A DNA stretch of 47,723 nucleotides from a virus. Taxonomy: Duplodnaviria; Caudoviricetes. The stretch is taken from the IMG/VR virus record IMGVR_UViG_3300036798_000156, positions 1 through 47,723 of that record; one strand, 5' to 3'. The translations under genes and the position numbers were made by a program. The notes under the pieces were generated by a model that saw only the letters and a list, made by a program, of their open reading frames with translations, had not been told where the DNA came from and made no database searches. Shown here one piece after another: positions 1 through 8,469 of this stretch (within the stretch, counting starts at the first letter, position 1; each line of letters begins with the position of its first letter).

Positions 1-80
1 AGAAAGCGGTTGTTGCTTCTACTCAATCGTGCGACTCATAATCTCCACGTCTGAAAAAATTTTGATATACCCTCCTGACC

Positions 81-121
81 TGAAAAATTTTTATTGCACT
101 TCCCCCTTTATAGGCGATATT
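81..121 (+). promoter_or_regulatory. early promoter P1 (A/T tract, TTGCAC-N16-GATATT), near-leaderless
   Basis: TTGCAC 94-99, GATATT 116-121, ATG at 127; GATATTTAGGTATGA recurs identically at 4929-4943. Confidence 0.7.
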
Positions 122-126
122 TAGGT

Positions 127-579
127 ATGAGATTAAGGAACAAAACGAAGTTCAGCACAGAGTTGATTCGCGAAATTGTTCGATTTGCCAAGCCAAGCGG
201 CTTACACAACTTCACCCTTCACGTTAAAAGCTCAAGAAATGGGTGGCATGGACATGCTTGGGGAGCCGGGGATAAATACGCAACGATCTACGTTCCTCGC
301 GGAACGACTGAAAAAACAAAATATACCCGGCCAACTGGTTGGAACATCGAAGCTCTCAAGAAGGGCTATATCAACTCAAAACAATTTACTCCTATTGAGG
401 ACATGGTGCATTTGATTGCCCATGAACTCAGGCACGTCTGGCAACCGAGCCATCGAAATCGAAGGCCGGTCTGGGGATCGAAAAGAGGTCGATACTCGGA
501 GAGAGATGCGGATGCATACGCGATTCGCAAGACCAGAGAATGGAGAAAACTACACGGATTTGGAGTACCAAAATTATGA
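127..579 (+). CDS. HExxH zinc metallopeptidase-like protein
   Basis: IAHELRH motif plus downstream E (SERDAD); start moved to ATG 127. Confidence 0.65.
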   Translation: MRLRNKTKFSTELIREIVRFAKPSGLHNFTLHVKSSRNGWHGHAWGAGDKYATIYVPRGTTEKTKYTRPTGWNIEALKKGYINSKQFTPIEDMVHLIAHELRHVWQPSHRNRRPVWGSKRGRYSERDADAYAIRKTREWRKLHGFGVPKL

Positions 580-773
580 TGGCAGCAAGTTACAAAACCA
601 AGAAAGAACTGAAGGCAGCGGTTGGACAGTCGTTGCGCTTTGTCGAGACTTCGCTTTTCGGCACAGAGTATCGTCCGGATGGCAAATTTGCCGTAGTTGG
701 TCCCTCGCCTTACCAACGGAAATGGTTTGCAGAGGTCACCATGAAAGACGGCAAGATTGAAAGGGTAACATGA
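576..773 (+). CDS. small phage hypothetical protein
   Basis: ATGA overlaps with both neighbours. Confidence 0.7.
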   Translation: MMAASYKTKKELKAAVGQSLRFVETSLFGTEYRPDGKFAVVGPSPYQRKWFAEVTMKDGKIERVT

Positions 774-1201
774 TCGACTTTAAACCAGAAGACCTGACAC
801 ACGTTAGAAAGCTTGCCGAGGTTCACAACATTAAGTTTGTAGATAGGCTTGAGGCGATAAACAAGGTAGGAGCCTTACAATTCCTAATGTTGGGAACTTC
901 ATTTGCTTCCAAGAACATCAAAACTGGAGAGCAAATCGTTTACATCGAACCCAGGGAGATGAGCAACCAGGACGAGATGTATTTTGTCGCGCTTCACGAA
1001 ATCGGCCATGTGGTCAAGCATCACATGGAAGATGAAGATGCAAAGGGAATTGATCGTGAAATCGAAGCTTCAGAATGGGCTTTTGATAACCTGGCGCGAC
1101 CTTTTACGGACAAGATGGCAATTTCGGCAATTGACGCACTCTTCACGCACCTGGAGATAGATTGGGTAAAAAAGACCCCACATTCACAATTCAATGAATA
1201 A
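770..1201 (+). CDS. ImmA/IrrE-like HExxH metallopeptidase
   Basis: ALHEIGH ... REIEASEWA. Confidence 0.65.
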   Translation: MIDFKPEDLTHVRKLAEVHNIKFVDRLEAINKVGALQFLMLGTSFASKNIKTGEQIVYIEPREMSNQDEMYFVALHEIGHVVKHHMEDEDAKGIDREIEASEWAFDNLARPFTDKMAISAIDALFTHLEIDWVKKTPHSQFNE

Positions 1202-1337
1202 ATTCAGATCATGGCTCTACTTCCTCGCCAGGCTGCTCGGGGACATACAGGCAGTCAGGTCAGGGCGCGTGGGACAGAGGATTAAGCGTCGAATCTACGG
1301 AAAGCTGGCAGGAAGGGTTCTACGCCGTCTCCCATGA
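1194..1337 (+). CDS. 47-aa basic protein (MNKFRSWLYFLARLLGDIQAV...), not in the ORF track
   Basis: own translation; fills the gap exactly and its stop overlaps ATG 1334. Confidence 0.65.
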   Translation: MNKFRSWLYFLARLLGDIQAVRSGRVGQRIKRRIYGKLAGRVLRRLP

Positions 1338-1531
1338 TTTTCTCAAAGAAGCGTGAGCATTACCTAAAACGTCCTATGAAGTTCGAGGACGAGCATCCAG
1401 AGGCGGCGGAGATTCTGGCTACGATCTATTCTGAGCCTCCCCGCTATCACCGAAACGACAGGATGAGATATTTCACCAAGCGGTGGCATCTGACAGACAA
1501 AGGCCTGATTGAAATTTCTCACAAATATTAA
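1334..1531 (+). CDS. hypothetical protein
   Basis: operonic ORF. Confidence 0.55.
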   Translation: MIFSKKREHYLKRPMKFEDEHPEAAEILATIYSEPPRYHRNDRMRYFTKRWHLTDKGLIEISHKY

Positions 1532-1568
1532 AACTTTTTATTGAAATCTTTATTGGTGGATGTATATT
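1531..1568 (+). promoter_or_regulatory. early promoter P2 (TTGAAA-N16-TATATT), near-leaderless
   Basis: TTGAAA 1541-1546, TATATT 1563-1568, ATG 1574; same 33-nt TTG-to-ATG distance as P1. Confidence 0.7.
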
Positions 1569-1573
1569 GGTAT

Positions 1574-1795
1574 ATGAAAGGAACAGACAAATTGAGGGCA
1601 GAGTTGCACGCCTCATTCGACCGACTGTGGCACCACAGCACGAAGTCAGAACGATTGATCTTGGGGGTAATCCTCATGGTTTTCGGTGCTTACTTGTCCC
1701 ACGTCCACTCACTTGCTCCCGATACAATTTGGGAAGCTTTTGCCTGGGCGATACACGGACTCGGATTGGAGCGTTTAATTTCCCTCGTAGATTAA
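1574..1795 (+). CDS. small membrane protein
   Basis: hydrophobic segment LILGVILMVFGAYL. Confidence 0.6.
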   Translation: MKGTDKLRAELHASFDRLWHHSTKSERLILGVILMVFGAYLSHVHSLAPDTIWEAFAWAIHGLGLERLISLVD

Positions 1796-1852
1796 TATGG
1801 AAATTCTAACAATAATCATTCTCGCGGAGGTAGGAGTTTACATCCGCTGGGC

Positions 1853-2233
1853 ATGGAGAACATTCAAACAGGAGACAATATGACACGCGAAGAAATGAAG
1901 CACGTTCACACGATCAACGAGCAGCTACACGCTGCCCGGAGTCCATATCTTCTTCACATCTCAAAAGATGGAATCGAGATCGGACATGATCAGTTTGGAA
2001 TGGTAACAGGCGAATGGTCGAAGGGGTCACAAGATGCCCGACGAGAATTCGATAGCATCAAACACCACGGCGATCACCACGGACGACATCGCACCTTGGA
2101 AAGCCAGGAACGATTCGAGCGCAGGGAGGAAGATGATCGGGTCGAGACGAAAGAGAGTCTCGCCCACATCCAACCATTCACCCGTGGACACGCAGCAATC
2201 CCTCTTAATTGGGGGAGCGAAAGGGACTGGTAA
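1853..2233 (+). CDS. hypothetical protein (start may be 1880)
   Basis: ORF track. Confidence 0.5.
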   Translation: MENIQTGDNMTREEMKHVHTINEQLHAARSPYLLHISKDGIEIGHDQFGMVTGEWSKGSQDARREFDSIKHHGDHHGRHRTLESQERFERREEDDRVETKESLAHIQPFTRGHAAIPLNWGSERDW

Positions 2234-2507
2234 TATGGAAGCACTTTTAATTTCAATCGGAACAGCACTGGCAATCAGTTTGCCTATGCTAATCCTAGAA
2301 CTTGTGGAGGCACTATAATGGACACAACACTATCAGGCTGGGCTTTGATAATTCTGGCCATAATCCTGGGGATCATACTAGCAATATGACCTACCGGATA
2401 ACAACAATCGGCCCACTAGGGTGGCGATACGAATACGAGATTATCGCAGACGAGCCACCCGAGGTGGGAACCTGGTATCAAGGAAATAGAATTATCGAGG
2501 TGCGGCC

Positions 2508-2954
2508 ATGAACACAATACGAGATTTTGGATATAGCGGCGTAGGTCCCTCAATTGAGTTTGAGAAGGACGAGGCGCGGAACTTTTACATTCCTCGAACG
2601 GACATGCCCCAGGTGGATGATTCGGATTACACGAAACTCATCTCGTTCCTGGCAAGTCACAATATCGAAGGACGATTTGGTTCTGCCGCACCGCACTTGT
2701 TTATTCCCCATCAGAGGATCGACAAGAAACGTGCGCGTGAGATGATAATGGCGATTCGGGAAATACCCGTTCTTACAAGCAAAGAAGGATTTATCTTGGA
2801 TGGAAACCACAGGTGGTATGCCATCAGAGAGAATGGGGATGAGTATGTGAATTACATCATGATTGACCTTCCTTTCGAGGAGGCAATCGAAATACTGTTT
2901 CGCTTCCCGCAAACGATGACAAGCAACACAGAGAAATATAAGGATTCAAAATGA
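2508..2954 (+). CDS. ParB/Srx N-terminal-like domain protein
   Basis: PVLTSKEGFILDGNHRW matches the ParB-N DGxHR motif. Confidence 0.7.
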   Translation: MNTIRDFGYSGVGPSIEFEKDEARNFYIPRTDMPQVDDSDYTKLISFLASHNIEGRFGSAAPHLFIPHQRIDKKRAREMIMAIREIPVLTSKEGFILDGNHRWYAIRENGDEYVNYIMIDLPFEEAIEILFRFPQTMTSNTEKYKDSK

Positions 2955-3160
2955 AAAACACATCAGTAAAAATGACATTACAGAAAATGCCCCACGACCC
3001 TATCTACATGATAGCAAAACTTCGTGGAGCAATCACGGTCAGAGACACGACAAACAGGATTGACCTGACAGTAGGTTCTACCATAACTGAAACTGAAGCA
3101 GTTGACTTCAATCAACGATACGATGTAACTGTCGTCCCTGGAAAAACATATCGGCGATGA
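2951..3160 (+). CDS. hypothetical protein
   Basis: ATGA overlap. Confidence 0.6.
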   Translation: MKNTSVKMTLQKMPHDPIYMIAKLRGAITVRDTTNRIDLTVGSTITETEAVDFNQRYDVTVVPGKTYRR

Positions 3161-3301
3161 AGTGGACAATAACCAATACAGATGACGGATGGTTTGCCAT
3201 TTACGAGGAATCGGAACATGGTGTTCAGATGATCGCTAAATTCCTGACCAAACACGATGCTATCGATTACAAACGATACATGGAATCAAGGTGGAACAAC
3301 T

Positions 3302-3466
3302 ATGAGTAAGTTCGATCCCCGATTTAAAAAGCCAGTGGACAAATGTGGCGTGACTAGAAAGAGGAGATTTGAGTCTCCCTTTCTGGCGCAGGCTGTAGCC
3401 CATGAACTTGGATTCAGGATTTACTTTTGCCTGATTTGTGGCGGATACCATCTCACTTCCAAGTAA
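3302..3466 (+). CDS. small zinc-binding phage protein
   Basis: C...KRRF...YxCxxCxGYHLTSK pattern. Confidence 0.65.
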   Translation: MSKFDPRFKKPVDKCGVTRKRRFESPFLAQAVAHELGFRIYFCLICGGYHLTSK

Positions 3467-3496
3467 GATACGCACTCACAGGTTCGCCAAAATAAA

Positions 3497-3536
3497 TGAA
3501 AATAATTATTGCATCCCTCACTGGGGCATGTAATAT
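3497..3536 (+). promoter_or_regulatory. early promoter P3 (TTGCAT-N16-TAATAT) upstream of the ncRNA region
   Basis: TTGCAT 3509-3514, TAATAT 3531-3536, upstream A/T tract. Confidence 0.7.
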
Positions 3537-3555
3537 ACAGGTAGTTCTTTTATAA

Positions 3556-3718
3556 TGTCACCGAGAGGTTCTGGAAGCATATTCCACCTGAAGCACAAAA
3601 GGAATCGGAGTCGGGCTGGCTGAGTAAAGTGATCACTGCCTATAACGGTTCTGGGGACTTAGAATAGGTCTCAAACGATCAGGTGCCTTCCATAAGGGTT
3701 TGACTCCCTTGGGTGACA
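3556..3718 (+). ncRNA. 163-nt tRNA-mimic RNA (acceptor stem, T-arm, long interrupted helix)
   Basis: TGTCACC/GGTGACA, TAAGGG-TTTGACT-CCCTTG, TGGAAG/CTTCCA, CACCTGA/TCAGGTG; ORF-free. Confidence 0.6.
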
Positions 3719-3721
3719 CTA

Positions 3722-3817
3722 TCAGAGAATCGACAACGGACAAGGCTATGGCACGGTAGCTGTCCTGAGGCAGTAAAATCCGTGATGGGTAGCGAGTGGT
3801 TGACCATGATTCTCTGA
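3722..3817 (+). ncRNA. structured RNA closed by a 10-bp stem
   Basis: TCAGAGAATC/GATTCTCTGA perfect; internal GGACA..GCTAT/GTAGC.TGTCC hairpin. Confidence 0.5.
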
Positions 3818-3826
3818 ATAAAATTT

Positions 3827-4162
3827 ATGACACCAGAAATTAGAACATACATAGACAAAGACGGAAAGACTCAGGCAACTTTTGCAGAGTCAGAGAAACC
3901 TGAAGACGAAATTTGTGACTTCTGCTTAGGCAAGGAACGACCTTACACGGTTTTTACCGCCAAGCAGTTCGTCATATGGCCTTGCGTATTCGAACCAGAG
4001 TGGAACGCATGTCCAAAATGTGCCGCATTCATCAATGCGAATGACAGAGAGGGCTTACTTAACAGAAGTTCAGCAAACTCCGCCGCATTTCCAAAGGAAC
4101 GAGAGGGAGTTAAGATGGTTCAGGACAAATTTTTTGAAAACAAACAACCAGAAAGAGAATAA
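3827..4162 (+). CDS. zinc-finger protein
   Basis: CDFC ... WNACPKC. Confidence 0.65.
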   Translation: MTPEIRTYIDKDGKTQATFAESEKPEDEICDFCLGKERPYTVFTAKQFVIWPCVFEPEWNACPKCAAFINANDREGLLNRSSANSAAFPKEREGVKMVQDKFFENKQPERE

Positions 4163-4163
4163 G

Positions 4164-4469
4164 ATGAACACATACGTTGGAATTGCAGACGCGCATGGCA
4201 TCGAAAGCTTCACGGACGGAGAGCCTGGAAAGGTTCCCTGGACAATGAAGATGCGAGCCTCGCTAAATCGCCAGAGACATGCTCTGGTTTATCAAGTTGA
4301 ACTGGACGACAAGGGTCGCTCCGAGGTGGAGGGACTAATTGTCAAAGGACAGTTCAAGAAAGCCCTTAAATTCCTTAAGGCACAACCAAGCTTCTCGGTT
4401 GAGGAAGAGATGCGACGGTCAGCGGATATGATTCCGGACGACAAACTAGACCCCTACTGGGGACAATGA
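4164..4469 (+). CDS. hypothetical protein
   Basis: ATG 4164 directly after the previous stop. Confidence 0.65.
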   Translation: MNTYVGIADAHGIESFTDGEPGKVPWTMKMRASLNRQRHALVYQVELDDKGRSEVEGLIVKGQFKKALKFLKAQPSFSVEEEMRRSADMIPDDKLDPYWGQ

Positions 4470-4648
4470 TGAACGCAAACGCACTTAACGCAGCGGCCTG
4501 GGCATTCGTGGAGTCATACCAAAAAGTTTTGGGACGACCAGCGCCAGGCGATCTGTTTAACAACACGAAGGCAGTTATAACTCCTGCCATAATCACATAC
4601 ATAAAGGAATTAGCAAAATCATATGAGAACACTAACAATCAGAATTGA
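4466..4648 (+). CDS. hypothetical protein
   Basis: ATGA overlap. Confidence 0.55.
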   Translation: MMNANALNAAAWAFVESYQKVLGRPAPGDLFNNTKAVITPAIITYIKELAKSYENTNNQN

Positions 4649-4895
4649 TACAAGTCCAAAGCCGGATAACCAGGGCGCAATCACCATTGAGGCAGACGCG
4701 CCAGGGAAAGACGAAGTGGAAAACAAACTGACGAATGCCCTTGGGCATTTGTTCACCCATACTGCCGCCAAGTTTCTTGGCAATGCTACCATGGGATTCG
4801 GTTTCGGGAAAACTCTCGAAGACGCCAAGAAGGACGCAGATGAAAACTATCGCGCCTCTAAAATGGCAGAGTCCTCGAAAATTCCCTCGCAATAA
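4623..4895 (+). CDS. hypothetical protein
   Basis: operonic ORF. Confidence 0.6.
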   Translation: MRTLTIRIDTSPKPDNQGAITIEADAPGKDEVENKLTNALGHLFTHTAAKFLGNATMGFGFGKTLEDAKKDADENYRASKMAESSKIPSQ

Positions 4896-4934
4896 GAAAA
4901 TACTTCTTGCATGTTCCCCCCAGGCAAGGATATT
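4896..4934 (+). promoter_or_regulatory. early promoter P4 (TTGCAT-N16-GATATT), near-leaderless
   Basis: TTGCAT 4907-4912, GATATT 4929-4934, ATG 4940. Confidence 0.7.
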
Positions 4935-4939
4935 TAGGT

Positions 4940-5110
4940 ATGAAAAAGGAAACGAAGTCCCTAGAGACCCTCAAGCTTCTAAAGGCTGAGTGGGACCAAG
5001 AGTCGGTCTCAGATACGCTTAGAGCAGGCAAGCGAAACGACCTGTATTACAGGTGGCTTGTCCAAAGAATCGAGGCGATGGAGAGTGATCTACCCTCAAC
5101 TCGTTCTTGA
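4940..5110 (+). CDS. hypothetical protein
   Basis: ATG 33 nt after the -35 TTG. Confidence 0.6.
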   Translation: MKKETKSLETLKLLKAEWDQESVSDTLRAGKRNDLYYRWLVQRIEAMESDLPSTRS

Positions 5111-5373
5111 GCAGGGATCGGAAGCAATCAATCGAGCGTGGGAAATCTACCGCGCCAGATGCGAAAGGCAAAATGAACGCAGAAACAGAAAAGGTGATCG
5201 ACGAGCTAATCCGCAAACACGGACTGAACAAGGTCAAGCGTCACCTAAATAATTTAATCGGAGAATCCTACTGGAGTGATTGGCAACGGGTGGATTCAGC
5301 GGTAAAGAACAGAGCCAATCGAATGAAAAGATATGGTATACATCAATATAACACTACAGCAAAATGGAGATAA
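5107..5373 (+). CDS. hypothetical protein (start uncertain)
   Basis: ORF track. Confidence 0.5.
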   Translation: MSRDRKQSIERGKSTAPDAKGKMNAETEKVIDELIRKHGLNKVKRHLNNLIGESYWSDWQRVDSAVKNRANRMKRYGIHQYNTTAKWR

Positions 5374-5524
5374 GGTCAGGATGACTGTTCACGGTCATGC
5401 CGACAACGATGAGGCAACGCCAGGTGAGGCTGAGGCAGGCGAAGCAGTTAGGAAAGCGATTCACGCAATGCCGCAGTCGGTTCTGGAGCAGTCTTATGAC
5501 TTGAAAGGAACGATATCACAATGA
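5333..5524 (+). CDS. hypothetical protein
   Basis: operonic ORF. Confidence 0.55.
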   Translation: MVYINITLQQNGDKVRMTVHGHADNDEATPGEAEAGEAVRKAIHAMPQSVLEQSYDLKGTISQ

Positions 5525-5715
5525 CGCCATCAGAAAAATCTCCTGAAATCGAAAGCTTTCTAGAGAAGTCTTTCGGCAGGACAACTTCAATCGAAGGTAA
5601 CAAGTGTGTCTTTTGTGGCGGCGACGCTACGCACTTCAAAGACGCGCTTTCACGCAGGGAATACGCAATCAGTGGTCTTTGTCAGAAGTGCCAAGACCAA
5701 ACATTCGGAGAATAA
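5521..5715 (+). CDS. small zinc-ribbon viral protein
   Basis: CVFC...FKDALSRREYAISGLCQKCQD. Confidence 0.7.
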   Translation: MTPSEKSPEIESFLEKSFGRTTSIEGNKCVFCGGDATHFKDALSRREYAISGLCQKCQDQTFGE

Positions 5716-5716
5716 T

Positions 5717-5929
5717 ATGGTAACAATTACAGCAGTATTAACAGATCAAGGTAATGACCTGGTCAACGCGGAAATTCATGGCAGGGGAACTGCTAACGAC
5801 GTTGAGCTAGAATATGCCAACCGCATGATGGACGCCATGAAGAATGTGACTCCATCGACCCGCAAGAGCAGGGTTGTTAGTCTGACAGACGAAGATCGGA
5901 CGGAAGAATTACATGGACATGCCTCATGA
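5717..5929 (+). CDS. hypothetical protein
   Basis: ATG 5717 after the previous stop. Confidence 0.55.
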   Translation: MVTITAVLTDQGNDLVNAEIHGRGTANDVELEYANRMMDAMKNVTPSTRKSRVVSLTDEDRTEELHGHAS

Positions 5930-6137
5930 ACTGATGGGTCATTACGGGAATGATCCCGTAGACCTGGGAAATTTCACCGGAATAGGCGGGAGCGATGCTC
6001 CCTCCTATTCTGTGTGGCGCAAGGCAAACAGCAAGAAAAAATCTCTTGACACCTACAACGAGTGGCTTAAGGTGGACAAGAAGGCACGAATCAAAAAATA
6101 TGGAAAAGCAATATATGAAAAAAGAAATACCAAATGA
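5913..6137 (+). CDS. hypothetical protein
   Basis: operonic ORF. Confidence 0.5.
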   Translation: MDMPHELMGHYGNDPVDLGNFTGIGGSDAPSYSVWRKANSKKKSLDTYNEWLKVDKKARIKKYGKAIYEKRNTK

Positions 6138-6378
6138 CATACTGAAATTAGCCGGAGCATTGGTGCTACGGCAAGTAGTTACAGACCTGTTAACAATGCC
6201 AGAAGAGGCCTACAAGTCGATTCTGGACGTTCCAGACGGCTATCAGTCCAATCTAAAGATACCTGGTGCGCTATCAAGCGTTAAGGAGCAAACCCAGGTT
6301 CTTTTCGATGCCCGAGAAAAGCTTATTGCTATCGGGGAGAAGCGATTAATCGAAAAGGCCGGCACGCCGACGCAATGA
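6115..6378 (+). CDS. hypothetical protein (start 6100 or 6115)
   Basis: operonic ORF. Confidence 0.55.
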   Translation: MKKEIPNDILKLAGALVLRQVVTDLLTMPEEAYKSILDVPDGYQSNLKIPGALSSVKEQTQVLFDAREKLIAIGEKRLIEKAGTPTQ

Positions 6379-6557
6379 AAGAGGGCGACCTGATCAGAAT
6401 CCGTGTTAAGCAGGGATGGTTGCACATGAAACTAGACACTATCGACACTGTGGGTCTGCATGGCACCGTCCCTGACTACGTGTCAGGGCTTAGATTTCTG
6501 CTTCGATGGGAGGACATACGATGCATCAAGGTTGTTCACAAATGGAGTTGGCTATGA
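6375..6557 (+). CDS. hypothetical protein
   Basis: ATGA overlaps. Confidence 0.55.
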   Translation: MKEGDLIRIRVKQGWLHMKLDTIDTVGLHGTVPDYVSGLRFLLRWEDIRCIKVVHKWSWL

Positions 6558-6748
6558 AATACTTTGCCGTCTTCAAATACAAAGCTATGGAACTGGAGAA
6601 CGAGTCAGATGACCTGGTCTCCATCAAGAAATGGATTGCAGACCTCTTGGCGGAGTATCCTGACCCGGACTACATCTGTATCAGGGACGAGGAATACGAC
6701 AAAGTGATTTTTAATGAGGAATACAGAAAGATGAAAGATGAAGATTGA
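6554..6748 (+). CDS. hypothetical protein
   Basis: ATGA overlap at 6554. Confidence 0.55.
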   Translation: MKYFAVFKYKAMELENESDDLVSIKKWIADLLAEYPDPDYICIRDEEYDKVIFNEEYRKMKDED

Positions 6749-7130
6749 AAAGATTTGCAGCACTATCGCAAAGGCGAAACACGATTGGGAGACTTCCGGA
6801 GGAAGCTACTCCGAGTGGCTAACATTTTTCGAGATTAAGCAGCAAATGTTGTTCGAGTTATACGAAAAATATCCAGAGTTAAGGCACATGGAACACTTCT
6901 GGACGTGGTTGTTCTCAAAACCACCACATGCATGGGTGGCTCAACTCGAAGATGCTATAAAATCCCTTGAAAAGGGCATAGCTTGCGTTGATTGCGGAGA
7001 ACTATGCAAGTATCCAGCGATGCGATGCGATAAGTGTGCCATCGAACACAAAGATTTACTTAAAGAACGCAGAGAAATAGCCCAAAAGATCAAAAGGAAG
7101 ATCAGGAGAAGGGCAAGCAGAAGGAAATAA
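6738..7130 (+). CDS. zinc-finger protein with a basic tail
   Basis: CVDC...RCDKC. Confidence 0.6.
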   Translation: MKIEKICSTIAKAKHDWETSGGSYSEWLTFFEIKQQMLFELYEKYPELRHMEHFWTWLFSKPPHAWVAQLEDAIKSLEKGIACVDCGELCKYPAMRCDKCAIEHKDLLKERREIAQKIKRKIRRRASRRK

Positions 7131-7131
7131 A

Positions 7132-7500
7132 ATGAAAACAAAAATAACATCAGACGAAGAACTAAGGAAAATGGCAGGCATTGGAGCCGACATTGGGTTG
7201 GTTATCTCACAAGCAGTTGTGGGAGTTACCAAGACATCAAGTGACGGAATCACGTTCCTGGCCACGATGATAGCCACCATGTTGGTGAACTTCAGTGACA
7301 TTAACTGGAAATACATGATGGAATCAGTGCGCGGCGGGCTTGATAGTGAATTACCAAGTTCAATCACCCAGTCACAACACGATGACCTAATCCGGCCTAT
7401 TTTTGAAGCCATGGACAAGGCGCGTGAATCATTCAAGGCGCTACGAGAAAAGGAAGCAGTAATAACACCAACAGTCGCCACGCCACAGGTCTCACAATGA
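7132..7500 (+). CDS. hypothetical protein
   Basis: operonic ORF. Confidence 0.6.
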   Translation: MKTKITSDEELRKMAGIGADIGLVISQAVVGVTKTSSDGITFLATMIATMLVNFSDINWKYMMESVRGGLDSELPSSITQSQHDDLIRPIFEAMDKARESFKALREKEAVITPTVATPQVSQ

Positions 7501-7856
7501 GGAAGCTACCAAAGAAGCTTCGCAAGGAAGGGTTCGACCTTGAATTAGTCGAACGTAAAGGTCACGTTTGCATCTATCGTCACCACTTACCGTTTAACGA
7601 TGAGGACAACGACGATTACGAAGTGGTCATACCAAACTTATACAATCGTGACTTCAACGGTAATAAGGTAGAGACTTATGAGTCTTACCCTGGCACCAAC
7701 CAGTGGGGATCAAAGGGATTTACTATTGCTGGCGGGAAATGGAATCCTGTCAGTCAGATGGTAGAACGAACTGAACCGGGAGTGGCTTTGTCAAGAGCTA
7801 AGACAAAGATGAATGATCTCCTGGCCACAACTGAACCTCCGCCATTGCCAAAATGA
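7497..7856 (+). CDS. conserved-looking phage hypothetical protein
   Basis: YEVV...ESYPxxxQWGxxGFT pattern. Confidence 0.65.
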   Translation: MRKLPKKLRKEGFDLELVERKGHVCIYRHHLPFNDEDNDDYEVVIPNLYNRDFNGNKVETYESYPGTNQWGSKGFTIAGGKWNPVSQMVERTEPGVALSRAKTKMNDLLATTEPPPLPK

Positions 7857-7985
7857 AAACCCTGGTAATAATCTTCATTGAGTGGGCAATTTGGATAACA
7901 TGCTTTGTTTACCAGGGCAGGCCTACCGACGAGAGGTGGGAATGGCAAATCGGAACGAAAGAAAAGATAGAAGGAACAGGAACAT

Positions 7986-8210
7986 ATGACTAGGATACCG
8001 GAACAAGAACTGGCAGACCTTGAAGCACGCGCCGAAGCCGCAGAGAAGCGTTGCGAGCGGTTGCTGGCGGCGCTTCGTAGGCTAGAAGTGGCAAGTCGTG
8101 AGCCTACAGAGGCTAGAGAGCGAATGGAATGGACTGGTAAGATTTGGTGTGATTACGTTAACAAGACAGCGCGCTCCGCAATCGCAGCCGCAGAACAGGG
8201 GCAGCCATGA
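7986..8210 (+). CDS. coiled-coil hypothetical protein (paralog of 8207-8464)
   Basis: shared RCERLL and AIxAEQxQ ends. Confidence 0.6.
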   Translation: MTRIPEQELADLEARAEAAEKRCERLLAALRRLEVASREPTEARERMEWTGKIWCDYVNKTARSAIAAAEQGQP

Positions 8211-8464
8211 AAGAGTTTACTGTTCCCTTTGAAGCCGATGAACCAGAACGTCAACGCGACCAGTTACAGCAGCGAACCATTAAGGACATGAGATATATTG
8301 GGGGACTAGAGGTTAAAGTTCGACAACTGGAGCAGCGTTGCGAGCGGTTGCTGGAAGTGTGCCAAGAGTTGCTTGAGCATGGGTACTGGCGAGACAGCTA
8401 CGAAAAGGAAGATGTTGCAAAACGGGCACAAGCCGCAATCGTAGCAGAACAGGAGCAGCAATGA
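8207..8464 (+). CDS. coiled-coil hypothetical protein (paralog of 7986-8210)
   Basis: 21-bp identity between 8047-8067 and 8334-8354. Confidence 0.6.
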   Translation: MKEFTVPFEADEPERQRDQLQQRTIKDMRYIGGLEVKVRQLEQRCERLLEVCQELLEHGYWRDSYEKEDVAKRAQAAIVAEQEQQ

Positions 8465-8469
8465 GTGTT

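Noticed and set aside
3572-3586. TGGA-AGCATAT-TCCA as a CAT anticodon arm
   Set aside because: Only a 4-5 bp stem, G at position 33, and it competes with longer-range helices
3556-3718. Calling the RNA a true tmRNA
   Set aside because: Too short, no G3.U70, no GGGG 5' end and no evident tag reading frame
94-4939. TTG starts at 94, 1541 and 4907 in the ORF track
   Set aside because: They are the -35 boxes of promoters, in frame only because the ATG is 33 nt downstream
4623-5929. Possible distant paralogy among 4623-4895, 5333-5524 and 5717-5929
   Set aside because: Only a vague beta-beta-alpha pattern that cannot be supported without profile comparison
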